NCBI GenBank assembly: GCA_043805415.1
Contig: JAZDHZ010000033.1
Location: 153,600-217,599, forward strand
Length of the DNA: 64,000 nt
DNA from: Candidatus Omnitrophota bacterium
GTDB taxonomy: Bacteria > Omnitrophota > Gorgyraeia > B26-G9
Direction of reading: 5' to 3'
Shown here in pieces: positions 40,605 to 49,454 of this stretch; the first letter of the stretch is position 1; each line of letters begins with the position of its first letter. The notes under the pieces are model-generated. The model was not told the origin of the DNA. It saw only the letters and a program-made list of their open reading frames with translations, and searched no databases. The position numbers and the translations under genes are program-made.

Positions 40605-40707
40605 TAAAAATAATTGTCAAGATTGGGCAGAAAGATTGAGAGAAGAGTATTATCGATTAGAAAGTGAAAATAATCTTAATCAATGCAAATAGGAGAAATA
40701 AAACAAG

Positions 40708-41556
40708 GTGAAGAAAAAAACAAGTTTAATTATTTTAGTAATCGTTTTAATTTGCTGGATTTTTTTAAAAAATCCTCAAAAAGCTAAGAATATAGAAGGT
40801 GAATTATATTGTGCATTTTCTAATAAAATTTATAAGATAGATTTGGACAGGTTAAAGAGTAATGTTTTATATGAAGAAGAAGGGAGTTTCATCGATCAAA
40901 TAAGTTTTTTTAAGAAAGATGTTTTTATCTTACAGAAAAAAAATAAAGAAATTTACAAGTTTAATATCTTAGAAAAAGATTCTGATTTTATTTGCGAAGG
41001 TAAGAAGCCAATATATGTTAGAGAAGCTAATAGTATTTTTTATTATAATAAAGAGGCTCTTTATAGAAGAAGCTTTGAAAGTAATGTGGAAGAAAAAATA
41101 ACTGATGATATTTATATTTTTGCTCCTAAAGAATTAAAAAGCATTTATTATGATGAACCGCCAGTGCAGATTTCGTCACAAGAAATAGTTTTCTGTAATA
41201 AAGATCAGAAAATAGTAATATATAACTTTGCAAGTAAAGACAAAAGGATTCTAGATTTTAAAGGGTATCATGTTTGGAGTGGTTATGGTGATATGCTTGT
41301 TTGTAAAAAAAATGATAACTTTTATTTGCTTGATATAGTTACCGGAAACATAAATAGGATTAAAATTACTCCGAGATGGAATGTGATTTTTGTGAAGGGT
41401 TATAATTGTTTAATTTATTCTAGCGTAAGATTTTTTTCTTTGTCGGAAGCTGAAGATTTATTTGTTTATTGGATAGAAGAAAAAAAAGAGGAAAAACTTA
41501 TCTCGAATTGTTATGTTTCTAGTGGAATTTATTTAGGGAAGAAAGAGGGGGAATAG
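40708..41556 (+). CDS. hypothetical protein with N-terminal signal/TM anchor (282 aa), island cargo
   Basis: GTG start, AGGAG RBS; MKKKTSLIILVIVLICWIFL anchor; repetitive beta-rich body; no known motifs. Confidence 0.4.
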   Translation: MKKKTSLIILVIVLICWIFLKNPQKAKNIEGELYCAFSNKIYKIDLDRLKSNVLYEEEGSFIDQISFFKKDVFILQKKNKEIYKFNILEKDSDFICEGKKPIYVREANSIFYYNKEALYRRSFESNVEEKITDDIYIFAPKELKSIYYDEPPVQISSQEIVFCNKDQKIVIYNFASKDKRILDFKGYHVWSGYGDMLVCKKNDNFYLLDIVTGNINRIKITPRWNVIFVKGYNCLIYSSVRFFSLSEAEDLFVYWIEEKKEEKLISNCYVSSGIYLGKKEGE

Positions 41557-41581
41557 GGGGAAATCTACGGGACATATAAAA

Positions 41582-41634
41582 GGGTGATAGGGTCAAAAAG
41601 GGTGATAGAAAAAAAGGTGATAGGAAGGTGATAG
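41582..41634 (+). repeat. short tandem repeat array, unit (g)ggtgatag x4, abutting left TIR of transposase element 2
   Basis: Read directly. Confidence 0.8.
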
Positions 41635-41660
41635 GGTCAGACCCGGAAAACGGAAAAGAT

Positions 41661-41689
41661 TGACGAGTTAAGGTTTTTTTAGTATAATT
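41661..41689 (+). promoter_or_regulatory. element-internal promoter TTGACG-17-TATAAT, 5 nt before transposase ATG (near-leaderless)
   Basis: Hexamers read directly. Confidence 0.5.
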
Positions 41690-41694
41690 TAACA

Positions 41695-42642
41695 ATGGCG
41701 CGACCATATAGATTGCAAGGAGAAAATTGTTTTTATCATATCACCAGCAGGGGAGATGATCGCAAGAGAATCTTCATAAGCGATTATGATTTTGAGAAAT
41801 TTTTAGAGTATTTAGAAAAAGCTAAAGAAAAATATAAGTTTAAATTATATGCATACTGCTTGATGTCAAACCACTATCATTTATTTATCGAAACCCTACA
41901 GCCGAATCTATCTAAAATCATGCAATATCTCAATACTGCCTATACAGTATACTATAATAAAAAACGCAAGAAGACAGGGCATTTGTTCCAAGGTAGGTAT
42001 AAATCGATAATGGTGGATGAAGATAGTTATTTTTTAGAACTAACCCGTTATATCCACCTAAATCCCGTACGGGCAAAAATGGTAGAAAGGCCGGGAGAAT
42101 ATAAGTGGTCAAGCTATAAGGGCTATTTAAAAAATAAAACAGATAAATATATAGATTATGACGCGCTGAACGATTATTTGGGAATGGATAGTGCAAGTTA
42201 TAAAGAATTTGTATCAAACTCAATAAATAGGGAAGATAGTTTATTTAAAGAAGTTTATGCGGGATTTTTCCTAGGAGGGAAGGCGTTTATAGAGGAAAAA
42301 CTAGCGGAATTTAGGCCTGAGATAGAGGAAGGGGATTTTGCTCATAAGCGCAAACTTAGATCTGAAATATCAATAGAAGAAATAATCAAAGCAGTAGGTG
42401 CTGTTTTTAAGGAAAATAATAACGAGGTATTAGGAAAAAAGAATAGCCAATCAAATTTAAGGAAAATAGCAATATATTTAGCCCGCAGAATAACGCAATT
42501 AAGTAATAAAGAAATAGGAGCACATTTTAATATTAGCGATTCAGCAGTAGGAAAGGCAGTCCATAGGGTATCAGAGTTATTGCAAGAGGATCAAGGGTTG
42601 AAAAAGAGAACAAATGAACTGTTTTCCGTTTTCCGGGTCTGA
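41695..42642 (+). CDS. IS200/IS605-family Y1 (HUH) transposase fused to a DnaA domain-IV-like HTH (diverged paralogue of 38179-39129)
   Basis: MARPYRLQGEN..YHITSRG...YCLMSNHYHLFIET; C-terminal LRKIAIYLARRITQLSNKEIGAHFNISDSAV; TGA stop inside right TIR. Confidence 0.75.
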   Translation: MARPYRLQGENCFYHITSRGDDRKRIFISDYDFEKFLEYLEKAKEKYKFKLYAYCLMSNHYHLFIETLQPNLSKIMQYLNTAYTVYYNKKRKKTGHLFQGRYKSIMVDEDSYFLELTRYIHLNPVRAKMVERPGEYKWSSYKGYLKNKTDKYIDYDALNDYLGMDSASYKEFVSNSINREDSLFKEVYAGFFLGGKAFIEEKLAEFRPEIEEGDFAHKRKLRSEISIEEIIKAVGAVFKENNNEVLGKKNSQSNLRKIAIYLARRITQLSNKEIGAHFNISDSAVGKAVHRVSELLQEDQGLKKRTNELFSVFRV

Positions 42643-42645
42643 CCC

Positions 42646-42682
42646 TTTTAGAAAATACGGGTCTGACCCTTTTAGAAAATAT
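42646..42682 (+). repeat. subterminal direct repeat (gggtctgacccttttagaaaata x2) outside right TIR of element 2
   Basis: Read directly; the second unit runs straight into the addB 3'-end repeat copy 2. Confidence 0.75.
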
Positions 42683-42770
42683 GACCTTGATCAGGTGTTT
42701 GAAGCCGATGATTCGGATGATTCCTGCAAGTATTGTCCTTTTGTAAGTTTGTGCGGATAAACAGCAGCGA
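42681..42770 (+). repeat. direct repeat copy 2 of the addB 3' end (last 25 codons plus stop); marks the right island boundary
   Basis: Identical to 30489-30579; followed by ~35 bp of degenerate similarity to 30580-30615. Confidence 0.85.
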
Positions 42771-43001
42771 ATAGCGGTTAGCGGATAGCGTTTAGTGGAC
42801 ACAGAGAACAGAAAACAGGTATTTTTTTTAACTCGTAAACACGTTAACTCGTAACTTGTGACTTTGTATGTGTATTAGGTCTATATTTTTCAATAAAACA
42901 GTAGCATCTTGGACAGAAATGTTATATACTAATTGCGTTTATATAAGTTAAGGTCTTTATAGCCTATAAGTTAGGCGTTTTTTAATCATAAGGAGGAGAA
43001 A

Positions 43002-43334
43002 GTGAATTTTGAGTCATTAGCATATGCTCAGCAAGCAACGGGTGGGGTTCCAGCACAAGGTCAGAGTAGTTTTATGGTCCTGCTGCCCATGTATTTAATA
43101 ATTTTCGCGGTATTTTATTTTTTTCTTATTAGACCGCAGCAGAAACAGCAACAGCAAAAACTGAATATGATCGCGCAGTTAAAAAAGAATGATGAAGTAA
43201 TTACTGTCGGTGGTATTCATGGGACGGTGGTTAATGTAAAAGATACCACTGTTGTTTTGAAAGTCGATGACGGGATTAAAATAGAATTTGATAAAACAGC
43301 AGTTATTGCGATTGAAAAATCAAGACAAGGATAG
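43002..43334 (+). CDS. yajC: preprotein translocase subunit YajC
   Basis: TM helix then LKKNDEVITVGGIHGTVVNVKDTTVVLKV YajC signature; AAGGAGGAG RBS, GTG start. Confidence 0.8.
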   Translation: MNFESLAYAQQATGGVPAQGQSSFMVLLPMYLIIFAVFYFFLIRPQQKQQQQKLNMIAQLKKNDEVITVGGIHGTVVNVKDTTVVLKVDDGIKIEFDKTAVIAIEKSRQG

Positions 43335-43378
43335 TTGATTGACTTTTAGGCGACAAGATTAATCTAGGGAGGAAAAGC

Positions 43379-45553
43379 ATGCCGAAGAATTTAAAAACAA
43401 AATTTATACTAATATCATTATTAATGGGTTTTTGTGTATGGGTAATACACCCGCTTAAAGACAAGATAAATCTCGGGCTTGATTTGCAAGGGGGGATGTT
43501 TCTTACTCTCCAGGTAGATATGTCAAAGCTTCCCGCGAATATTAAGCCTGATGTGCGCAATGATATTGTTGATCGGACGATTGAAATCATCAGAAAAAGA
43601 ATTGATCAATTAGGCGTAAAAGAGCCTTCAATATCCCGCCAAGGCGCGGATAGAATTATTGTTCAATTACCTGGGGTAACTGACCGCTCAAGAGCAAGAA
43701 AACTAATTGGCAGAACTGCTCAGCTTGAATTTCGTTTGGTTAGTAATGACGCGAATAAACTAAAAGAGGCATTAGCTGGTCAAATTCCAGTAGGCTATGA
43801 GCTTAAGCAGGATGAAGATGGAAAGAATTTACTTATTGAGATAACCGCGGTAATGACCGGTGACAGCCTGGCAGACGCAGTATTAAGCCGGGATTCATAT
43901 GGGCGTTCCAGTGTCAAACTTGATTTTACTCCTAAAGGCGCTTTATTGTTTTCCAATATTACGGGAGCAAATATAAACCGTCAGTTAGCAGTTGTGCTGG
44001 ATGGAGAAATTTATTCAGCGCCGAATATACGAGAAAGAATATCAGGCGGCAGCGCGGAAATTACGGGAAATTTTAGTGTTGAAGAAGCTAAAGATCTTTC
44101 TACTGTATTGCGTACTGGCGCATTGCCGGCACCGATTATTTTTGGGGAAGAAAGGACTGTCGGCCCTTTGCTTGGTCAGGATTCAATCAAAAGCGGGGTT
44201 AGTGCAACAATAATCGGCGGTATTGCTGTAGTTCTTTTTATGGCGATTTATTACTTTATCGGAGGACTATTAGCAAACATTGCTTTGGTGCTGAATATTT
44301 TGATTGTCCTGGCGGCACTGGTTATTATGAAAGCGACATTAACCTTGCCCGGTATTGCTGGTATTGGCTTGACTATCGGAATGGCTGTGGACGCGAATGT
44401 GCTGATTAATGAGCGGATCCGGGAGGAATTGGCCCAAGGCAAATCAACCCGAACGGCGATTAATAATGGATATGGAAGGGCTTTTCCCGCAATCTTTGAC
44501 TCTAATGTAACTACGATTATTGCTGCCATACTTTTAGTCTGGTTAGGCTCTGGGCCGATTCGCGGGTTTGGGTTAACGCTGATCATCGGTTTGCTGGCAA
44601 GCATGTTTACGTCTATTGTGGTTACCAAGATGCTGATTGATATGATGTCTTTAAAATGGAAAAATCTTCCGCTGAAGATGATGCAGCTTATTCCTTCAAC
44701 CACAATCGATTTTATTAAAATTCGCTGGATATCTTACTCAGTGTCAATTATTTTTCTTATAGCGGGTCTGACTTTCTTTACGCAGAAAGGGGATAATAAT
44801 TACGGGATTGATTTTACCGGAGGGGCAATCCAGGAATTTAAGTTTGATAAACCGATTGAAATGGATGCTCTGCGCGCGGCGATGCATGAGATTGGTTTAG
44901 GGGATGCGCTTATTCAGCAAGATAAAAAAGATCCGACAATTGTTATTTTAAGAACAGGAGAAAATCAGGCGGATAATATAATGGAAGGATTTGCTAAATC
45001 ATTTCCGGATAATAAAGCCGAGGTTTTAAGTATTGATAGTGTTGGTCCGGTGGTTGGTAATTTGCTGAAGAAAAATGCCAGCATGGCATTGTTATTAGCA
45101 ATGCTCGCGATTTGTATTTATATCTGGATTCGATTCCGTGACTTTGTTTATGGAGCAGCTGGAGTTGTGGCTTTGTTCCACGATGTGCTTGTTGCGGTAG
45201 CAGTATGCGCTTTAACCAATAGGCCGATTGATCTGCTGATGGTTACGGCGTTTATGACCATAGCGGGTTATTCAATAAACGATACGGTGGTTATTTTTGA
45301 CCGGATTAGAGAAAATATTAGGCTAAGGAGAAAAACCTCATTTAAAGATATTATTAACATGAGTATAAATCAGACATTGGGCAGAACTGTATGGACAACA
45401 GTAACAACTCTCTGTATCGTTATTTCATTATTTTTCCTAGGCGGAAAGGTATTGCATAATTTTGCTTTTATTATGATGATCGGTTTTGTCTGCGGGATAT
45501 ATTCAACTATTTTTATCGCCAGTCCATTGGTTTATGCTTGGGAGAAAAAATAA
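43379..45553 (+). CDS. secDF: fused protein-export membrane protein SecDF
   Basis: SecD N-terminus (LGLDLQGGMF...), two 6-TM SSD-type modules in one 724-aa ORF. Confidence 0.85.
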   Translation: MPKNLKTKFILISLLMGFCVWVIHPLKDKINLGLDLQGGMFLTLQVDMSKLPANIKPDVRNDIVDRTIEIIRKRIDQLGVKEPSISRQGADRIIVQLPGVTDRSRARKLIGRTAQLEFRLVSNDANKLKEALAGQIPVGYELKQDEDGKNLLIEITAVMTGDSLADAVLSRDSYGRSSVKLDFTPKGALLFSNITGANINRQLAVVLDGEIYSAPNIRERISGGSAEITGNFSVEEAKDLSTVLRTGALPAPIIFGEERTVGPLLGQDSIKSGVSATIIGGIAVVLFMAIYYFIGGLLANIALVLNILIVLAALVIMKATLTLPGIAGIGLTIGMAVDANVLINERIREELAQGKSTRTAINNGYGRAFPAIFDSNVTTIIAAILLVWLGSGPIRGFGLTLIIGLLASMFTSIVVTKMLIDMMSLKWKNLPLKMMQLIPSTTIDFIKIRWISYSVSIIFLIAGLTFFTQKGDNNYGIDFTGGAIQEFKFDKPIEMDALRAAMHEIGLGDALIQQDKKDPTIVILRTGENQADNIMEGFAKSFPDNKAEVLSIDSVGPVVGNLLKKNASMALLLAMLAICIYIWIRFRDFVYGAAGVVALFHDVLVAVAVCALTNRPIDLLMVTAFMTIAGYSINDTVVIFDRIRENIRLRRKTSFKDIINMSINQTLGRTVWTTVTTLCIVISLFFLGGKVLHNFAFIMMIGFVCGIYSTIFIASPLVYAWEKK

Positions 45554-45582
45554 AACATTTTTTTAAGAATAAGGAATAAACA

Positions 45583-46227
45583 ATGAATGATAAAGCAGAG
45601 TGTTTAAAAAATTGTTTTCTGCAGGGGATTTGTCATGAAAATCCGGTTTTTCGCTTGATGCTTGGACTTTGTCCGACATTGGCGGTTACGGTTAGTTTGA
45701 AAAATGGTCTGGCAATCGGCATAGCCGCGACTTTTGTTTTGCTTGGCTCTAATATTATGGTATCGCTGATTAAGAATTTTGTTCCAGCTCAAGTAAGAAT
45801 TCCCTGTTATATTTTAATTATCGCTTCTTTTGTTACCATAGTTAAACTTGTATTACAAGCTTATTTTTCCCTGGTTTACGCGGAGCTTGGTTTGTTTGTC
45901 GATATCATGGTAGTTAACTGTATAATCTTAGGAAGAGCCGAGGCCTTTGCCAGTAAAAATTCTGTACCAATGTCTATTGCTGATGCTTTGGGCATGGGGA
46001 TTGGTTTCACTCTAGCTGCTGGAGGTATTGGCGCGATAAGAGAGATCCTTGGCTCTGGTAAACTTCTGGGCATACCGATATTAGGCGCTAATTATAACCC
46101 GATAACTGTTATGATCCTGGCTCCCGGGGCGTTTATTACCATTGGAGTTATAATGGCAATAATTAATAAGCTTAATGTTTTAAAACAAAAAAAAGAAGTT
46201 AAAGCCGCGGATTACTGTAAAGTTTAA
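45583..46227 (+). CDS. rnfE: RnfE/NqrD-family electron transport membrane subunit
   Basis: RLMLGLCPTLAVT...VVNCIILGRAEAFA alignable to E. coli RsxE. Confidence 0.75.
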   Translation: MNDKAECLKNCFLQGICHENPVFRLMLGLCPTLAVTVSLKNGLAIGIAATFVLLGSNIMVSLIKNFVPAQVRIPCYILIIASFVTIVKLVLQAYFSLVYAELGLFVDIMVVNCIILGRAEAFASKNSVPMSIADALGMGIGFTLAAGGIGAIREILGSGKLLGIPILGANYNPITVMILAPGAFITIGVIMAIINKLNVLKQKKEVKAADYCKV

Positions 46228-46262
46228 TTTAATACATGAATTTTTAATAAAAATGATAGAGG

Positions 46263-46865
46263 ATGGTTATTGTGGATATAAATCTAGCGAGAATATTCGG
46301 GATAGTTATTTCGGCTGTTTTTGTTAATAACTTTGTGCTGTCAAGATTTCTTGGCTGTTGCCCGTTTATTGGAATTTCCAAGAAACTGGATATTGCTTTA
46401 GGCATGGGAATATCAATGACCTTTGTGGTGACCATGTCTTGTTTGATTACCTGGCCGTTTTATCATTACATTTTAGTGCCTTATCATTTGGAATATCTTA
46501 ATATTATCTCATTTATTTTGATTATCGCTTGTTTTGTGCAGTTAGTCGAAATTTTTGTGCATAAATTTAATCCGATATTGTATAAAGCCTTGGGTATTTA
46601 TTTACCGCTGATAACCTGCAACTGTGTTGTGCTTTTTGTAACATTATTGAATATCCAAAACCAATTAACTTATCTGGAAAGCATTGTTCAGGGCTTTAGT
46701 GCCGGACTGGGTTTTGGTTTAGCGCTTGTTTTAATGACGAGCATCCGAGAACGGCTAGAAATGGCTAAGATCCCAGCTTGTTTAAATGGAGCTCCGATTG
46801 CTTTTATCATTGCCGGGCTCATGTCTTTGGCTTTTTTAGGATTTAGTGGTTTAATTGTGGAATAA
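46263..46865 (+). CDS. rnfA: RnfA/NqrE-family electron transport membrane subunit
   Basis: VFVNNFVLSRFLGCCPFIGISKKLDIALGMG...LPLITCNCVVL...SIRERL...IAGLMSLAFLGFSG alignable to E. coli RsxA. Confidence 0.8.
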   Translation: MVIVDINLARIFGIVISAVFVNNFVLSRFLGCCPFIGISKKLDIALGMGISMTFVVTMSCLITWPFYHYILVPYHLEYLNIISFILIIACFVQLVEIFVHKFNPILYKALGIYLPLITCNCVVLFVTLLNIQNQLTYLESIVQGFSAGLGFGLALVLMTSIRERLEMAKIPACLNGAPIAFIIAGLMSLAFLGFSGLIVE

Positions 46866-46879
46866 TTATTAGGATTATA

Positions 46880-47542
46880 ATGAAAACAAGAATTAGACGT
46901 TACTTTATTGCCGGGATTGTAGTTCTTTTACCGCTTTTTATAACAGTTAATATTTTATCGCTGACAATCAGATTTTTCGATAATTTGCTGGGAAAGTATA
47001 TTAATCCCTATCTGCAGAATGCCTATGGCACATCATTTTTTGGTTTAGGGCTTATTGCCATAGTCCTTTTGATTTTTTTTACTGGTATCTTGGCGACTAA
47101 TGTTTTTATCAAAAAAATCATGCCTTATTTTGAAAACTTTTTTTTACGGATTCCTTTTGTCTATCAGATATATCCCTCGGTCAAGCAGCTTGTAAAATTC
47201 TTATTTTCTGATGATAAACTAGCGTTTAAGAAGGTTGTTTTATTTGAATACCCGCGGGATGATGTTTATACCATGGGCTTTCTTACAAATGAGTTCTTTG
47301 ATCAAACAATCGGCGATAAGACCATGGATACGGTATGCGTGTATATTTCATCAGCGCCGAATCCGATTACTGGCTTTTTTGTCATTGTCCCCAAAAAAGA
47401 TATCATAGTTTTAGACATCTCGGTTGAAGAAGCAATTAAGATTATTATATCAGGCGGTGTGCTGATGAAGGGAAATATCTTGTCTAAAGACAATCAATAT
47501 CAAGCGCAGCAAGATGAAAATAGTGATTCTTCTAAAAAATAA
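46880..47542 (+). CDS. DUF502-family membrane protein
   Basis: N-terminal TM hairpin and the FVYQIYPSVKQ...GFLT block typical of DUF502. Confidence 0.55.
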   Translation: MKTRIRRYFIAGIVVLLPLFITVNILSLTIRFFDNLLGKYINPYLQNAYGTSFFGLGLIAIVLLIFFTGILATNVFIKKIMPYFENFFLRIPFVYQIYPSVKQLVKFLFSDDKLAFKKVVLFEYPRDDVYTMGFLTNEFFDQTIGDKTMDTVCVYISSAPNPITGFFVIVPKKDIIVLDISVEEAIKIIISGGVLMKGNILSKDNQYQAQQDENSDSSKK

Positions 47543-47592
47543 TTAAATATTTTCATGTTTTAACTTCAGCTTAAGAAAGTAAAGAGGTAAAA

Positions 47593-48723
47593 ATGAAGGT
47601 TTTTATTATTCATGCTACTGCAGGAGCAGGGCATAAAAAGGCCGCGGAAGCGCTATATAATTCATTTATCAAATTAAATGTTGCCCAAACCGAAGTTAAA
47701 AATATTGATATATTGGATCATACAAATGTTTTGTTTAAAAAAGCATACCCGGAAGTGTATATATTTTTGGTCAGCTATGTGCCCTGGCTTTGGGGGATAA
47801 TTTTTCATTTGCTTAATTATCCGCTGCTTAAGCCGATAATTAACAGAATCAGATATTTTTTTAATTCCCTGCATGGCGCTCCGATTATAAAGTATGTTAA
47901 AGAACAGCAGCCGGATGTGATTATTTGTGAACATTTTATGGCAGCACAGTTAATGGCGGTTTTGAAAACAAAAGGCTTGATCAAAGGAACTGTTATTTGC
48001 GGTGTAACTGATTTCGGAGTGCATCAATTTTGGGTAAACACGGGTATAGATTATTATCTAGTAGCAAGTCAGAGTACCAAAGAAGAATTGCTGGCAATGG
48101 GAGTCAAAGAAGATAAAATTAGGATTACGGGTATACCAATTGAAGATAAATTCGCGAAAAATACTGATCAAAACCAACTGCGGATTAAACTAGGGCTTGA
48201 ATTGAATAAATTCACTGTTCTGGTTACTAGCGGAGGATTTGGGGTTGGACCAATTAAAAAAATAGTCGATAAATTAGATAATATGGATAGAGATTTACAA
48301 ATAGCAGTTGTCTGCGGGAAAAACGCGGATATGTACGAGTATTTCAAAACCGCAATTTTTAAGAAAAAGGTCCAAGCCAATGGGTTTATAAATAATATGC
48401 ATGAGTTTATGGAATGCGCGGATTTAATAATCACTAAATCCGGAGGGTTGACAGTTTCCGAGTCTCTGGCCAAAGGCTTGCCAATGCTTATTATAAAACC
48501 AATCCCCGGACAGGAAACAAGAAATGCCGAGATAATTGAAAAATATAATATCGGCAAAAGATTAGCTGATGTTAATTCAGTAGCTGCTTATATTGAAGAT
48601 TTGCTTAAAGATGATCAAAAAAAATTAAACCAAATGAAAGAAAACGCGAAAAAACTAGCTCGGCCAAACGCGGCAGAGGAGATTTGTAAATGGATAGCGC
48701 AGGAATTTTTAGCCGCCAATTAA
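47593..48723 (+). CDS. GT28 diacylglycerol glycosyltransferase (MGDG synthase/UgtP-like)
   Basis: MKVFIIHATAGAGHKKAAEAL N-terminal MGDG_synth pattern; GT-B C-terminal half. Confidence 0.7.
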   Translation: MKVFIIHATAGAGHKKAAEALYNSFIKLNVAQTEVKNIDILDHTNVLFKKAYPEVYIFLVSYVPWLWGIIFHLLNYPLLKPIINRIRYFFNSLHGAPIIKYVKEQQPDVIICEHFMAAQLMAVLKTKGLIKGTVICGVTDFGVHQFWVNTGIDYYLVASQSTKEELLAMGVKEDKIRITGIPIEDKFAKNTDQNQLRIKLGLELNKFTVLVTSGGFGVGPIKKIVDKLDNMDRDLQIAVVCGKNADMYEYFKTAIFKKKVQANGFINNMHEFMECADLIITKSGGLTVSESLAKGLPMLIIKPIPGQETRNAEIIEKYNIGKRLADVNSVAAYIEDLLKDDQKKLNQMKENAKKLARPNAAEEICKWIAQEFLAAN

Positions 48724-49454
48724 GCGAAACAGTTCAACAGCTAAAAACCCGGCTTGAGTTTGAGGAATATTTCTCAGAAGATTATTTACCAGGGGCTAAG
48801 TCGCTGGTTGCCGCCCAAGAACTTTTAGCCGCTACTGTAGAGATAAACCCTAAGCCTGAAGTCTCGATAGCTGAGGACAGTAAAAAAATGCTTGCAAATC
48901 CACTCTATCAAAAAGTTCAGACATGTGTTTTATGTGATTTGCATAAAACCCGAACTAATGTTGTGTTTGGCGAGGGCAGCTTAGATGCGGAACTTGTTTT
49001 TATTGGCGAGGCTCCGGGAAGAGATGAGGATCTGCAGGCCAAGCCTTTTGTCGGCTTAGCGGGCGGACTTTTAACGAAAATTATTAACGCGATGAAAATG
49101 AACCGCGCGGATGTTTTTATTACAAACGTGCTGAGATGCCGGCCTCCGCATAACCGGAATCCTTTGCCTGAGGAAGTTATTTATTGCAAACCTTATCTGA
49201 TTGAACTTTTAAACATTATTAAACCAAAAGTTATTTGTACTTTGGGAAAATTTGCCACACATGCTTTGCTTGATGAAACAAGTCCAATATCTCAGTTAAG
49301 AGGAAAACTTTATGATTTTAATGGTATGAAAGTTATACCGACATATCATCCGGCATATCTTTTAAGAAATCCAGAAGATAAGAAACTTGTTTGGGATGAT
49401 ATGAAAAAAATTCTTAATGTTTTAAAAGCAGATGAAGCTAGAGAATTATATTGA
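48690..49454 (+). CDS. uracil-DNA glycosylase, family 4 (Fe-S type)
   Basis: CVLCDLHKTRTNVVFGEGSLDAELVFIGEAPGRDED...NVLRCRPPHNRNP; AGAGGAG RBS before 48690; an internal ATG at 48888 would give a 188-aa core. Confidence 0.8.
   Translation: MDSAGIFSRQLSETVQQLKTRLEFEEYFSEDYLPGAKSLVAAQELLAATVEINPKPEVSIAEDSKKMLANPLYQKVQTCVLCDLHKTRTNVVFGEGSLDAELVFIGEAPGRDEDLQAKPFVGLAGGLLTKIINAMKMNRADVFITNVLRCRPPHNRNPLPEEVIYCKPYLIELLNIIKPKVICTLGKFATHALLDETSPISQLRGKLYDFNGMKVIPTYHPAYLLRNPEDKKLVWDDMKKILNVLKADEARELY

Larger units (their letters stand above)
41634..42645 (+). mobile_element. IS200-like (HUH Y1) transposase element 2 bounded by ~25-bp terminal inverted repeats GGGTCAGACCCGGAAAACGGAAAAG / (C)TTTTCCGTTTTCCGGGTCTGACCC
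   Basis: TIRs at 41634-41658 and 42621-42645 (24/25 complementary); shares GGGTCAGACC core with element 1. Confidence 0.75.

Noticed and set aside
44251-44703. 150-aa minus-strand ORF inside secDF
   Set aside because: It is antisense to conserved SecD/SecF transmembrane segments.
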